A DNA stretch of 64,000 nt from Selaginella moellendorffii (GCF_000143415.4 NW_003314264.1:1504733-1568732); one strand, 5' to 3'; shown: positions 14,715-27,493, counted from the first letter of the stretch. The notes: generated from the letters alone by a model not told the origin. Program-made: numbers and translations.

Positions 14715-15165
14715 TCCTATCAACACTAGCCCAACGGATTTCTTTCGAGCCCTAAAACAAGGAAGAAGAAGAAGAAGAACCCTAACCTCGAAAAACAAGG
14801 GCCACTGCTACTTTTTTAGACGCGCATTTCCTTGTCCTCCTGCCACTGGGAGAAATCCAAGAACCCTAGCCCGACCGAGAAAGTAGAGAGCTTTAGAGAC
14901 GCCCTAGCCACTGGAGACGATGCGGACTCCAAAGCTTTTGTTGGATCACGTTGAATGCGCCTTCCGGATCCCAGGCACTTATCCAATCCGACCCAAGGAA
15001 TATATTCCCGCCAATAAAAAAAAGATGCCAACGGTGAGAAAACAAAATGGAAATTTAGGGCTCTTCCTCTTCCGCGCTAGACTGAAATTCACAAGAAAGC
15101 TCTGATCTATCGCATCCTCGCTGGGAGCTGGGCGCGCTACACTAACACACTGATCCAGGGATGAT

Positions 15166-15609
15166 CTAATAAGCGTAGAACTCGACGAGCTCCTCCACCG
15201 CGCCAATTGAATTGCCGTTGCCGCTGTCTAGCATCCAGAGCAGGTGCTCAAACATGACGATCTCGCAGGGGACGAACAGCCCACAATCTCCGGCGTCTTG
15301 CTGCTCGCCGCTGGTGGAATTGGGCTTGGATTTGTCGAGCAGGGATCGAAAGAGGGGCATCTGGAGGTAGTGCTCGCCAAGAACATACCGCCGGCGCTCC
15401 TTGCCCACGTACACTACGAACGTCCCCTCGTATGGGAGCTTGTGGCTGATCATCTGGTGATCATGGGCTTGCTCATCGTCCAGGCTCGCAATGGATTTCT
15501 TGTTGCGCGCGAATCGTTGCCAGGTGCTCACGATCCTCCTGATCTTGTTGTGCTTGTGTATGGCCGACGAAGACGACGACGAAGAAGAGGAGCTGACAAG
15601 AGTGGACAT
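15166..15609 (-). CDS. SAUR family auxin-responsive protein
   Basis: PYEGTFVVYVGKERRRYVL...PLFRSLL...GLFVPCEIVMFEHLLWML; start codon uncertain. Confidence 0.9.
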   Translation of the reverse strand: MSTLVSSSSSSSSSSAIHKHNKIRRIVSTWQRFARNKKSIASLDDEQAHDHQMISHKLPYEGTFVVYVGKERRRYVLGEHYLQMPLFRSLLDKSKPNSTSGEQQDAGDCGLFVPCEIVMFEHLLWMLDSGNGNSIGAVEELVEFYAY

Positions 15610-17862
15610 AACTTCTACAAAGAAGAAAGAAACAAACCAATGTGGTGGTGATCCAGCTCTGGCAATCACGAAGAATCTCACGAATCTCTGGGCCGATTCA
15701 ATCCAGAAAGCTTGAATCGTGGTCAATAGCGCTAGCGTTGGGCGATCTCCAATTGTGGAGAAGATCATCCACATCCAAGCGAGGAGCAAAGCACCGGCGA
15801 CCCAGAAAATCGCGGGGGATCTAGCGCAATTGCCATGATATCTTGGCTAGCAAGGAACTGGAAGAACAGCTCAAAGCTCCTCGCAAAGCCTCTTTTTTGA
15901 AGGGAATGAGACGTGTCCTTAAGCCTTGGCCCTTGCTAAGGACACCATGTCCCTCATCCTTGTCAATGACGGTAGTGAGGTGGTGGTGGTGGTCCTCCAG
16001 TTTTGTGGAGGTGGAGACAAAATATTTGGAGTCTTGATCGTCAATCCTGCTCTAGCCTACGCACATAAATGTTTCATGTTCCATTCATTAACACTCAACA
16101 TTGTAAACTTTGGTTTTTAGTTGTATTTTTATATTTCTTATTATATGGCTAACTTCATTATTACTATTAACTCATTAATCAAAGAAGTGATACAATCATT
16201 TGATCTAGTCATGGTCGTGTTGGAACACGTCTCCACAAGTCTTAGAGACGATCCCACACGGTTTCCGGCATTGGCAAAAACAACTCTTCCTCGAATTGAA
16301 TGTTTCATATCGCCGGAGATCGAGTTGGACCCCATTGGCTTCAATCTCTTTTTGTAATACCTGCGCATGCATGCTGGAAGTTTCTTCGAATTGGATTGAA
16401 TCACTTGACCACTGCATAAATTAATGTATAGCTTGTGAGAGACTCAGCTACGATTCCTGTCCTAGCAGCTGTTCTTTCGAGTCCAAGAGAAATTGATAGA
16501 AGCAACATTAAGATTGGATGGATGTTTGCCACCAAAAAAGTCTCCAATGGTACATTGCCAGGTATTTTGACGATATGAGATGCAAGCTTACATCTTTGAT
16601 CATGGATTTGTTTTGGAAGAGAAAATTCAACCAGCGTTGAGCCACTGTGGCTATTGCCAGCACCAAGGAAGGACAAAGAAAGTGATAAGTGAGTCCAACC
16701 AAGGCAGCCACAAATAATAAATTAGGACCACACCAAATGAGAAAATCCCATCAGGAATCAGCCATGTATGTGCAACTGCAAGGCTAGTGTAGACATATGA
16801 TCTGTGCTTTATTTCATTGTTGCTGCCTGTTTTTCCCCTGCCACTCCTGCCTGTTGGTACTGACTTGGTGGAGTGTAATAAAAGTAGTGGGAGAGATGGG
16901 AGAATGAAATTGATGTTATACTCTGCACTTTTGCTTGTCTTTTTGAAAGAAAAGAAAGAGAGAACCTCAGCAAAAACTTCCTCAGAGCCTTGCATCTGCT
17001 GTTTGAGCTTGCAAAAGCTGATAATGGGGGAGCACCCTTTCAATTGGGATAGATTTCACATCCCTGTCACAGTTGGTGGGCTTCTCTAGTTGCCTTTGAA
17101 GACAAAAAGTTTGTCCCTCTTGGTCTAAGGAGCAAAGCAAGATGCACATTTCACACAGCTAGCTGCACATACTGGTGTGCAGATCAAATGGACAAGCAAC
17201 TCCACTGTCTCAGGAGGCCCACATAGTTGCAGTGTACAGTGCTCTTTTACCTTTCACCTCTCAAGGATGAGGAGTGCTTTCTTGCCTTAGATGCAATTGC
17301 TGCTGCAGTTTTGGAAGTTGGAGTCAGAGAGGGGAGAGGAAGGGTTTGGAAGAATGCATACATGTTCAACCATACATGTTATCCAATTTGTCTCCATGCA
17401 GAGCTCAAGTTGCTGCTACACAAAATGTTGGGCGTGTCCAAAATTCTGTACAGCTTCACTCTCTGTTGAGTCCAAAATTATAGCAAGGATCAGCACAAGA
17501 TGATGATCCTCGTGGGAAGTTCAGCGACCAAACAATAAGAAAGTTGACAACCTTTTTCTCAAAAAGAAAAGTATGGTTCCAGGGTGCACATGAGAGTGTT
17601 TTGGAGGTCTGGAAGACACAGTTGGCCACCAACATTCAGAATTTCCGCTGCTGCACGTGTGGCAAGGACGAGAACCCTGATCAAATGGTGGTGGCCAGAA
17701 GATCGAAACGTACCCACACCTTCACGATTCGGTTCCAGAGTACAAAACCAAAAAAACAAAATGGGGAAAAGAAAGGTCAGCCATGTTTCATGTATAGCAG
17801 CTTTTTCTCTCTTTTCCTTCTGAGGAGAGCACATGAAGGCCACAAGGTCTAAGCATTCTTAC

Positions 17863-19971
17863 TTACAAACTAAACAAGCTCTCCGTTTTGCTAAATCCGC
17901 CATGGAAACCGCCAGTGTTCGAGCAGTGCAAGTTAGCGAGCAGAACGTATGCTGCTCCATACCCCGGATCCATCCCCAGGATTTGCCTGGTAGCACCAAG
18001 GCCGCCATGGATGCTGCTATGACTCCTTGACGCTCCAAGCAAGCACATCCAGTCCAAGCCATCGGCCTCGAAAGGCATGGTTTCGACGAGCTCCCCGGCC
18101 TTGGTAAGGCGCCCGGCACGAGCGAGCAAGTCCACCATGCATCGGTAGTGCTGCTTCGAGGGCTGAATCCCAAAGTCCACGCTCATCGACTGGAAGTATG
18201 ATCTTCCACTGCCGAGATCGCCCTGGTGGCTGGAAGCGACCAACACCGACGCGAAGCACGCATCGTCCGGGGCAAAAACCATCTTCATCCCGTGGAAAGT
18301 TTCGAAAGTCTGATTGCAGTGTTGCCTGCTTTGAGCTGACGCTGCAAGCACCGCATTGCAAGACACTACGTTTCGTTCCGGCATCTCTTTGAAGATCTTC
18401 CTGGCGTCTTTCACGAGCCCGTGTTGGATCGCGCACGTCCAGGAGACGACGTTCTTTTGTGGCATGGAGTTGAAAAACTCCTTTCCTTCGAAAATGCACC
18501 CGTTTAGCGTGTACGCAGCAAGCATGACGTTCCCTGTAACTACATTCCGCTGAGGAAATCTAAGGTAGAACTTTCTAGCCTCGTCCACGAGTCCACAGCG
18601 TGCATAAGCTTCCAGCATAGCGTTCCAAGACACCACGTCGTGCTGTGCCATGTCGCAATCGAACAGCTTCTTGGCCTCCTCCAAATGCCCAGTTCCGGCA
18701 AATGCCGCTAGCGTGGAATTCCACGTCACCAGATCCTTTGCTGACATGGACTTAAAGATTCCCAAAGCTCCGTGCAAGTCCTCCACATTAGCGTAAGCAC
18801 TAAGCATAGCGTTGTGCGAGAGTATAGTATGATGTGGCATGCTATCGTATAACGTCTTAGCTTCGTACAGATCCCCGCTTTGGGCAAATGCAAAGAGCAT
18901 CGTATTACACGACACTACGTTCTTATACGGCATACATTTGTACAGTATTTTAGCTTCCTCCAAGTTGAAAGCTTGTAGAATTGCAGCTATCATTGTATTC
19001 CAAATAATGATATTTACAAAGGGCAAGCTACAAAACAAGAGTCTTGCTGCCTCTAGATACCCGTGTTGCGCATAAGCGGCTAGCATTGCACTCGCTGTGA
19101 TTAAATCCTGCCAAGGCATACTATCATAAACTTGCTTTGTTTGCTCAAAATCTCCGACTAGCGAGAAGGCACACAACATACAAGTAAATGACACGGTATC
19201 TCTCACAGGCATCTTACTAAATATCACCTTCGCGAGAAGTATATGCCCGCTTTGAGCATAAGCCGAGAGCAGCACATTCCACGAGATAATATTCCACAAT
19301 GGCATCGACTCAAACAGTGACTCCACTTCTACCACTTGATCCTTGCGCGCGTAGCCAGACAAAATCGTGTTCCACGAGAATAAATCCGGGCCGTCTATCC
19401 GTCCAAATATCCTGTGGGCCTCGCCCAGATTCCCTTGCCGGGTATATGCCAGGATCATCGCATTGCAGCACACAACGTTGTGAAGCGGCATCGCGTCGAA
19501 AAGATACGCCGCATAATCCACCCTCCCTTCAGTGGCGCAGGCAAAGATCATGGTGGTCCAAGAGAAGACGTCTCTACGCGGCATCGCATGGAATATCCTC
19601 TGGCACTCGCAAAGATTCCCTTGTTGGGCAAATGCGTCGAGCATCGCATTCCAGGCGATTAGATTCCATCGCGGCATGGAATCGAAGACCTGCTTGGCTT
19701 GCCGCACAAATCCATTGCGGGAGTACGCGCAGAGCATGAGAACCCAAGAGAAAGAATCCCTCGTCGCGGCAGCCATGCCGCAAAAGAGCTGGAACGCAAG
19801 ATTGGGGCTCCCGCACCGCCCATACATCTCGATCAGCTTGTTACACACGAAGACATCGTCGATTAGCGCGGGATCCATGCGGGAGTGGATCAATCGCGCG
19901 TCGCTCAGGCTCCGGCAGCTACGCACGAGCTCCAGCCATCGAGTCCTGTCCATGCCATTCAAAATGCCCAA
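17863..19971 (-). CDS. PLS-class PPR protein with E domain, no DYW, intronless
   Basis: Long run of ~31-aa repeats (DVVSWNAMLxAYA); HYRCMVDLLARAG; WMCLLGA E-domain, AAYVLLAN. Confidence 0.93.
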   Translation of the reverse strand: MGILNGMDRTRWLELVRSCRSLSDARLIHSRMDPALIDDVFVCNKLIEMYGRCGSPNLAFQLFCGMAAATRDSFSWVLMLCAYSRNGFVRQAKQVFDSMPRWNLIAWNAMLDAFAQQGNLCECQRIFHAMPRRDVFSWTTMIFACATEGRVDYAAYLFDAMPLHNVVCCNAMILAYTRQGNLGEAHRIFGRIDGPDLFSWNTILSGYARKDQVVEVESLFESMPLWNIISWNVLLSAYAQSGHILLAKVIFSKMPVRDTVSFTCMLCAFSLVGDFEQTKQVYDSMPWQDLITASAMLAAYAQHGYLEAARLLFCSLPFVNIIIWNTMIAAILQAFNLEEAKILYKCMPYKNVVSCNTMLFAFAQSGDLYEAKTLYDSMPHHTILSHNAMLSAYANVEDLHGALGIFKSMSAKDLVTWNSTLAAFAGTGHLEEAKKLFDCDMAQHDVVSWNAMLEAYARCGLVDEARKFYLRFPQRNVVTGNVMLAAYTLNGCIFEGKEFFNSMPQKNVVSWTCAIQHGLVKDARKIFKEMPERNVVSCNAVLAASAQSRQHCNQTFETFHGMKMVFAPDDACFASVLVASSHQGDLGSGRSYFQSMSVDFGIQPSKQHYRCMVDLLARAGRLTKAGELVETMPFEADGLDWMCLLGASRSHSSIHGGLGATRQILGMDPGYGAAYVLLANLHCSNTGGFHGGFSKTESLFSL

Positions 19972-20042
19972 GAACCCTCGTTTAGACGGTGGAGATTTCA
20001 GCGCGTGGGACTAGTATCGCCAATTGTATGGCTGCGATGTAT

Positions 20043-20552
20043 TTACAGTGTCTTTCCGTGAAGAATGAGCTCAGTCGCTTCCTCGCTCTGGATCCACGGA
20101 TCATTGCGCTGGAGGAGGCGGAGGAGGTACTCGAACAGCGCGACCGGGCAGGGGATGAGGAGCCCGCCGCTGTAAGCGTAGCCAAATTCTTCCTCGGATT
20201 GCTGGAGCAGCGCCCCAAACACTGGATGCTGGAGGTAGCGCGTCTTGAGGACGAAGCGCTTGTGCTCCGGGCCGACGTAGACCGCGCAAGATCCTCGGTG
20301 GACGTCGCGCGGGATCGAAGGAGGTGATCTCCTGGCGATAATCTTCCTGTTCTTCGGCGACGCAGGGGAGGGCAAGGCGCAGCTCCTGGACGACGCCATC
20401 GCGCAAGAGAGGCGCTCGAATTTGTGGCACAGCCGCTTCAAGAGATTGGTGTGGTGATGGTGATGATCGTCCTGGTGGAGCTTGTGGTAGCGCGAGTGAT
20501 AATGCCGCCGGAAGAGCAGCGCCTTGAGCTTGATCTTCTTGAGCATCTTCAT
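20043..20552 (-). CDS. SAUR family auxin-responsive protein
   Basis: DVHRGSCAVYVGPEHKRFVL...HPVFGALLQQSEEEFGY...LLIPC. Confidence 0.92.
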   Translation of the reverse strand: MKMLKKIKLKALLFRRHYHSRYHKLHQDDHHHHHTNLLKRLCHKFERLSCAMASSRSCALPSPASPKNRKIIARRSPPSIPRDVHRGSCAVYVGPEHKRFVLKTRYLQHPVFGALLQQSEEEFGYAYSGGLLIPCPVALFEYLLRLLQRNDPWIQSEEATELILHGKTL

Positions 20553-21751
20553 CCTCTCCCTGCAGAGAAATATCGATCCTGCTCCTCCCCCCTAGAAATA
20601 TTTCGTCGCCATCGCGGCTCCTCTTACCCTTCCCTCTCGATTCGGCACGATTTCCCCTCGATTCCTTGCGGGAAATCGGAGGCCGTGCTAGAACACGCGC
20701 AAATCGACCCCGGGCACCTTGAGGAGGCCGCCAAACCAGAGAAGCACCGACAGGATCCGGAGCGACCACAACAGCCAAGATCTCTGGAAGAAGCACAAGA
20801 TCACAGGGTCCATGAAATGGAAGAAGCTAGAGAATCTAGAGCGAGCGATTGAAATGCGAGCGATCGCGACAAGGCACAGCAGCGATTCTCACGGGGAGTG
20901 GAGAGGGAAGGAGAGAAGCTGGAAGAACAACGCCATGATCGAAGCTCTTGCTTGCTCTTTCCAAGAAATAGGGCAAACCGGGGTTTAAATTGGCGTGCGC
21001 CGGACTCGAACAGGGGACCGTTTCATGCAAACCCGGTCAAAAGTGGCGTTGCATCGTATGAAGCGGCGCGTTGAAAAACGTGTTAGTTTTGGGTTCCTCT
21101 CCCGGGACGAACTCGTTTGATTAAAACTCCCCAAGGTTTAGTTCGCATGGATTCATAGTTAAGTGATATATCATACATTGTGTTAGATCAACTCGATTCT
21201 ATAAGGTTATAGATCTTCTCAATGCCAGAGCTCCCAGAGACAGTGAAGGACCATTGAGAGAGTGAGTGACACGGTTGATCCATCCACGCACGAAGGCAAC
21301 TTTTGGGCTGAAGAAAAGAAGAAAACGACCACTTGCGACCAAATTAAAATATAAAATAAATGAAGAATAAAAACCAACAATAATACAAAAATATAACATT
21401 AAAAAAAAAAAGTGTTAAAAATAATATTTTGGCTGCGGTCGACCAACACCACCACGAGTGCGAGGATATTTGGTTTTCCCATTGCAGCAAAAGGACTACA
21501 AAGTACAGTGGTACAAACAATATATGTTTTGTTTCCTTAGAAGCTTTGGTGGACCTTTGGATTCCCGCCACTCCTTTTCAATCAATCGACATAGCTTAGC
21601 TTGTGCTCGGCAGGGCCACTGGCAAGTTTTTAAAGTTGAAAAGCAAGATCAAAAGGGACCTGTCACATAGGGGCGCACGATAGATCGAGACGAGCGCGAG
21701 AAAAGTGATAGAAAACTATGTGACAATAGTACCTGGAGGAGAGCTCGAATT

Positions 21752-23437
21752 CTAAGTAGATTTTGCCGCTGGCCAAAGTGGATTCTCTAGCAAGTGTGAT
21801 GAGGCTTGGACACTCCTTACCACCACCTTGCAATCGGCATCAACTGTGTAGGAGATCTTCAGGCCCTCGAGAATCACATTGTAAAGCACGAGCTTTTCAT
21901 CCCCTCCTCCATTATGGAGCTCGGAAGAATCGCCATAGAGTGGCTGCGCGATCTCGCTGACCACTCCATCGTGCGGCCTCTGCCGCTGGCTCAAGGACCG
22001 AATATCGCAAGAGAGAACCTGCGCTATGAAATCATGTAGCTCTCTGGAACTGGAATAGAGTGAGAACCTTTCCTGCCGTTTTCCAACAGGAGACGCTTGT
22101 CAACGACAAAGCAAACAAAAGAAGGAAAGATAACTGCAAAGTGGTTTGCGTAAGGACTACGAGTGCGTACCATTTTGTTCCAGCACTCATCGAGGCCATT
22201 TAGAGAAGCTTCAGTGAAGGTGACGGAAGCCACGGCGAGTGGATCGTCCTCTCCGCCGGCCTGGAACAAAAGAGAGAAAAGATAAAATCTTGACAATCTT
22301 TCGCAAGTGATCACGGAATAAAATCGGGAAATCTTTGGCTCTTACATTGACCCACGTTGGTGCCGAAGCTTCTCTCACGGAATCGCAATATGGAAGATAA
22401 GGCTTTATGTCAAGCACGGGCTACAACATCACAAATACGACAAGCACCATAAAACCTGAGTAGAAAAGGAGGTCGAAGAATAGTATACCGTGCCATCAAC
22501 GAGATCAGCTCCGGAAAGCATTAGAATTCCATGCTCTAGACGTTCCACCTGAAGAAAAAACTTTTAAGATCAAACACGACAAGAATTTCGGGAAAAAGAT
22601 AAGAGACCTTTGCAACTGTTAAGCCGATAGGACACGGTCGATGTGGAGTTCTAGTCGCAAAAACTCCGAGTTTGGCACCATTGAGCCTTGGCACTCGTAC
22701 CTTTTACGCAAAGGAACTGGCTCAGCGCTAGAAATACAAAGAATGTGTTTGTTCTTGTCACCTTAGCCTTGAAGTCTCGATGGCTCGATAGCTCCCACAA
22801 GTTGTGTAAGTCTGTGTTCTCGTGAAAAACGTAGATTAACCAGCAGTGTGAGTACTGCTCAATCCCGTCCAGGGCCGCGGCAGGCACCCCGGAGGACAAA
22901 ACCAAGCGCGATTTAGCAAGTGTTACGAGGAGAGGTTGACGAGGAGTTCCATTTCTTCACAAAAAAAGAGAGAAAAACTTTTGTTCTCAAATAGAACTTA
23001 GATAAGAGTTTTGAGTACCTTGTTGAATAACATGATCTCATATACCCGATTGGTGTCATGGGAAAGGACGATGTGGGAGTTTTTCCAATGACATTGCATT
23101 GCATCAAGTTTTTTCGCAAGTCCTGAGCAATACTCAAAAGGTTAGAAAGGAAAACAAAAGGAAAGGAACGAAAATACTCACACGCTGTGCACGAATTCGG
23201 CCCGTCCTTTCTTCGGCTCTTTGCTTCTGGGATATTTGCAAAGCGTCGTCTGATTCAACGAGCTTGAGCTCCAGTTTGACACACTTTCTTGTCAATCTCC
23301 AAACTATATGATATGATCACACCAGAGAACGAAATTTAATCCTTTAGACACCCATCTTCCAAAAGAATTCGCGTACCTTGAATAAGCAAAGCTGTCGCAG
23401 TGGAAACTGAAACCACCGCTATAGCCCATCTCATCAT
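21752..23437 (-). CDS. tRNA (adenine(37)-N6)-methyltransferase, TrmO/TsaA family
   Basis: PIGYMRSCYSTR|NGTPRQPL, YSHCWLIYVFH, KVRVPRLNG..GVFATRTPHRPCPIGLT, DLVDGT|PVLDIKPYLPYCD; N-terminal hydrophobic MMRWAIAVVSVST. Confidence 0.9.
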
Positions 23438-25456
23438 TTCCGTGGCCTAGAGCTTAGGGTTCTAGCCTTTCTCGTGTCACTAGCGTTGACTTGGGCGTTG
23501 ACTAGTTGACTTTTCAGCCAGCTACTGGCCGATCGAAGCGTTCGCAGCTCGCCATCTAAAATGGCCTTGGCCATTTCTCGTCGCGGTTCGTGCACAATGC
23601 CGTGGACATCTCCTGCCTACAAGGAAAACAGTGATTGGATTTTAGCAAAGCTTTGCGAGAAAACTTTACCAAGTCCGCTGCTACATATTTCTCGATAAGA
23701 TTGTCGACCTGGGAGAGGATTTCTAGTAGGGCGCATCGATCTTTGTGTTGGTTATCTTGATCCCAGGAAAAATTGCCGCTCCCAGCGGAGCTCGCGTCCA
23801 GTCTCTCAAGTTCTGCCGAGAAAACTTGAATTAGTAGCAAAAGGAAGAACAGTACCTTCGGGGGTTTTTGCGCAAAGAACTCGAGCAAAACTGCGAAGGC
23901 CGGGTGGAATTCCATTCGGATTTGAGTTTATATCCCTGAAGAAACAAGAACAAAAGACAAAAGTGGGACTCCGTAAGAATATGCTCTTACTGGATGACAA
24001 AAGCTTTTCCCATACTGCCATCTTCTTCCTCTGTTATTTTGATCTTGTTCCTGGAGAAGACGTCAAGTTTTGCGTCGTAGAGCGGATCGTCTGGGGAGAT
24101 GGTCACCCAGATTTCCGCCTGCGAGCAAAGTCTCAAGTGGCAAGATGACAGTTGGTGTGAAGTTTTACCTCGTCAAAGGGATTGTAAGAAAGAGCGAATC
24201 CATAGTCCACAGCCAGTGTAACATTTGGAAGCTGGCCATAGCTGATGAACACCTATACTTGAGATTAATTTCGGGACAACAGTGATGCAAAGTAATCTTA
24301 CTTCATCACCAGTAGCGTAATCTCGATCTGCTATAACCTGAAAGATGCAAGGGTCAGTACATTGCTTTCAGAGAAAAAGGCGAAGGAACCATACTACGAC
24401 GCAGTTTTTATCGGGGTCATGCGAAAGAATAGACTCGCACTTCCAGTCGTGATTGATGAGATCAACGTAAGGAACCTGGTAAAAAATTCCATGGATGAGA
24501 AAGTGAAACTCTATCGAATGAGATCACCATTCCCAGCTCGCAGATGTCCGTCACTCGCCAAGAGCGCGTCGCCACTGTAAAAAACTTGCTCGAGAAATCA
24601 AGAAGAAAAACATTTACTTACCTATCGAGTATGCGTGCTTGAAGGCATCGTAAGACGCAGTTTCTCCAAAGATATGGCGACAACGAGAGATTGCCTGCGA
24701 GAAAAAAATTAAAAATCCACAAATTTGAGTTAGCACCGAAAGAAGATGATCCATTTGTGATACAAACGCTCTGGACGTCCGAAAATTCCATATCCAGCCA
24801 CCTCTCCCGTTGCGTAGTCTTGAAATAAACCGGACTGTGCCTCACACATTGAAGCTCTTCCTGCTTCCAAAACACCTGGAGCGCTACAAAACTAAGAACA
24901 CGAGGGAGAAGAAAATGGTAGACTTAACTGTGTTGTTTAGTTCAACCAGCGAGGGAAGAATTCCCATGTAAGGATCCCAGGCTGAGTTCTACGATAGTTT
25001 CTTAGCTCTCGACTTTGCGATGAATGAAGAACACTAGTACCTGGCCTTTGTTCCACTGGGCGAGGATGAAAAGGGCCAGCCGCGACCATTCCGTGGCCTG
25101 CGCAGGCAAAAATCTCGCGACTTCGTCTTGTAGGCATCGAGAAGTGATCATCTGTCAAAGGAGGTAAGCAATGCACATATGTAGAACAAGCGAGCATCTT
25201 ACAAGACTAGGTGGAACTTCCAGCATGCGCTCTCCAGCTCGAATTGGACGAGACGCAAACATTCCACTGCAAAGCATTGATCTTGCTATCAAATGGGGCA
25301 AAGAAAAACGAGTGAAAGATCGCGATGCTCTCACCGCCCGGAAGAACAAGCGCCAATCGAGAGCGCCGATTGCTGCGCATTGCTTAGGGCGCCTTGCGTC
25401 CTCAGCCACGAGAGGAAATGGCTCGTCTTCGAGCCAAGCGCCTTTGAATCGAGCAT
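23434..25456 (-). CDS. SET-domain protein lysine methyltransferase (Rubisco LSMT/SETD3-like)
   Basis: FLSWLR, MFASRPIRAGERMLEVP, VPYVDLINHD, VIADRDY, VFISYGQLPNVTLAVDYGF; last exon AGDVHG...REMAKAILDGELRTLRSASSWL...PRK* ending 23434. Confidence 0.85.
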
Positions 25457-25636
25457 TCCTTGCTCAGACCCTCAGATCCTCCGTCATCCAGCGGCTCAAA
25501 ACCACACACGTGGAACGATCTTACGGTCGGAATCCACCCTATCCAACGGCCGCAGGGTTTTAGATCCGACGGCTAGAGCTCCAGTGAAGGCATTAGGGTT
25601 TTACGATCTTTAGGGTTCTTGGAGGGCGGCCGCAAA

Positions 25637-26537
25637 ATGGCGGAGAGGGGAGGAGGAGGAGGAGGCGAGCAGCGCGAGCGCGGTGGATTCGGCCGGGGCT
25701 TCGGCGGTCGCGGCAGGGATCGCGGCCGTGGCGACCGCGGCCGCGGCCGGCGCTCCAGGCGCGCGGACGAGGAGGAGAAATGGGTGCCGGTGACCAAGCT
25801 CGGCCGCCTCGTCAAGGACGGTAAGATTAGGAGCCTCGAGCAGATCTATCTCTTCTCCCTCCCCATCAAGGAGCACCAGATCGTCGAGTTCTTCCTCGGC
25901 AGCGCGCTCAAGGACGAGGTGATGAAGATCATGCCAGTGCAAAAGCAGACGCGCGCCGGGCAGAGGACGCGATTCAAGGCCTTTGTGGTGGTGGGCGACA
26001 ACAATGGCCACGTTGGTCTGGGCGTCAAGTGCAGCAAGGAGGTGGCGACCGCGATCCGAGGCGCGATCATCCTCGCCAAGCTCGCGGTGATCCCAGTGAG
26101 GCGAGGCTACTGGGGAAACAAGATAGGCAAGCCACACACCGTCCCGTGCAAGGTCACTGGGAAATGCGGCTCGGTGACTGTCCGGATGGTGCCAGCGCCC
26201 CGAGGAGCTGGGATCGTTGCCGCTCGCGTCCCCAAAAAGGTGCTCCAGTTTGCCGGGATCGAGGACGTTTTCACCTCGTCGCGCGGATCGACCAAGACTC
26301 TGGGAAACTTCGTCAAGGTGAGGATTGATCTGATCGTTCTTCTTTCACTCTCGACGAGTTTTTCTTGGTTTTTGGCAGGCTACGTACGACTGTCTGTTGA
26401 AGACGTATGGGTTCCTCACCCCGGATCTGTGGAAGGAGACCCGGTTTACCAAGTCGCCGTTCCAGGAGTTCACGGACTACCTGTCCAAGCCTACCAAGTT
26501 GGTGATCGAGGACGTCGAGAAGGCCCCGGTGTACTGA
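25637..26537 (+). CDS. RPS2: 40S ribosomal protein S2 (uS5), intron 26318-26378
   Basis: RG-rich N-terminus, [39 protein letters not shown]|[18 protein letters not shown]. Confidence 0.98.
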
Positions 26538-26752
26538 GTAGTACTACTACTATTCCCTGTTTCATCTTTTTGGAGCTTGAATACCAAAGTTTTTGATTTG
26601 CTCAGTGATATCGAGTAAGATGATCTTCTAGACAAGCTGCCAGAAACGAAGAAAGAGAGAGAGATCAGAGTTTTAGATCGAGCTCATGTTCTTTCTTACA
26701 TCGAGAACTGGAAAGCCTGGAGTTTTCTCGTAAGCGTTTGGGAGAAGTTGGA

Positions 26753-27493
26753 TCATCCGGCGAGGGGATTCGAGTGCATGGTGACTCTGTTTAGCCTGAT
26801 CTCCGCCAAGGGACGATCTCCAGCACCTGTTTGTGTCTGTAGCGAAGAAACTGTGAAGAACACTATCGATCGAAAGCAAGAAAAGCGTGTTAACCTTCTC
26901 CATGAGGTCGAGAACTTCGAAGCCATGGATGACTTTGCCAAAGACGGTGTAGAGGCCGTTTAAGTGGGGCTGCTTGGCATACGTGACGAAGAACTGGCTC
27001 CCATTCGTGTTTGGTCCGCTGTTGGCCATGGCAAGGATTCCTCTCGCGTTGTGCTGATACAGGAAAGAGAGTAAGAACAATCGCTCAGCTCAATCTTATC
27101 ATCCAAGGAGAAGAAAGAAAGAAAGAAGAAAATTTTCTACCTTGAGAGACTCGCGAATCTCATCGTTAAACTTGCGACCCCAAATGCTGGTACCTCCGCG
27201 CCCAGTTCCAGTGGGATCGCCTCCTTGGATCATGAATCCTTTGATGTTGCGGTGGAAGATTGTGCCGTCGTAGTAGCCGCTCGCGCACAGCGCCAGGAAA
27301 TTCTACACCTCCAACATGAAATTCTTTCAGTCTCTCTCGCGCTCTCTCTTCTAAGATTTTACCTCGGCTGTCTTTGGGACCTCGTCGCAGAAGATCTCGC
27401 ACTTGATATCTCCCAGATTGGTGTGCAATGTGATCGACTACAATGAAACAAGAAGATTTCAGCTCCAATCGCAGCAGAGACTCTGCTCACCAT
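26753..27493 (-). CDS. CYP18-1: Cyclophilin PPIase (PPIL3/CYP18-1 type)
   Basis: ATG|intron|[62 protein letters not shown]. Confidence 0.93.

Noticed and set aside
17025-17050. Resemblance to miR159/319 complement (gggagcaccctttcaatt)
   Set aside because: Too many mismatches and no hairpin seen
15850-17860. Several short ORFs between SAUR and PPR
   Set aside because: No recognisable domains or consistent splice chain; probably SAUR upstream region
20990-21070. GTTCGAGTCC (tRNA B-box-like) on minus strand
   Set aside because: T-stem does not pair and no cloverleaf can be built
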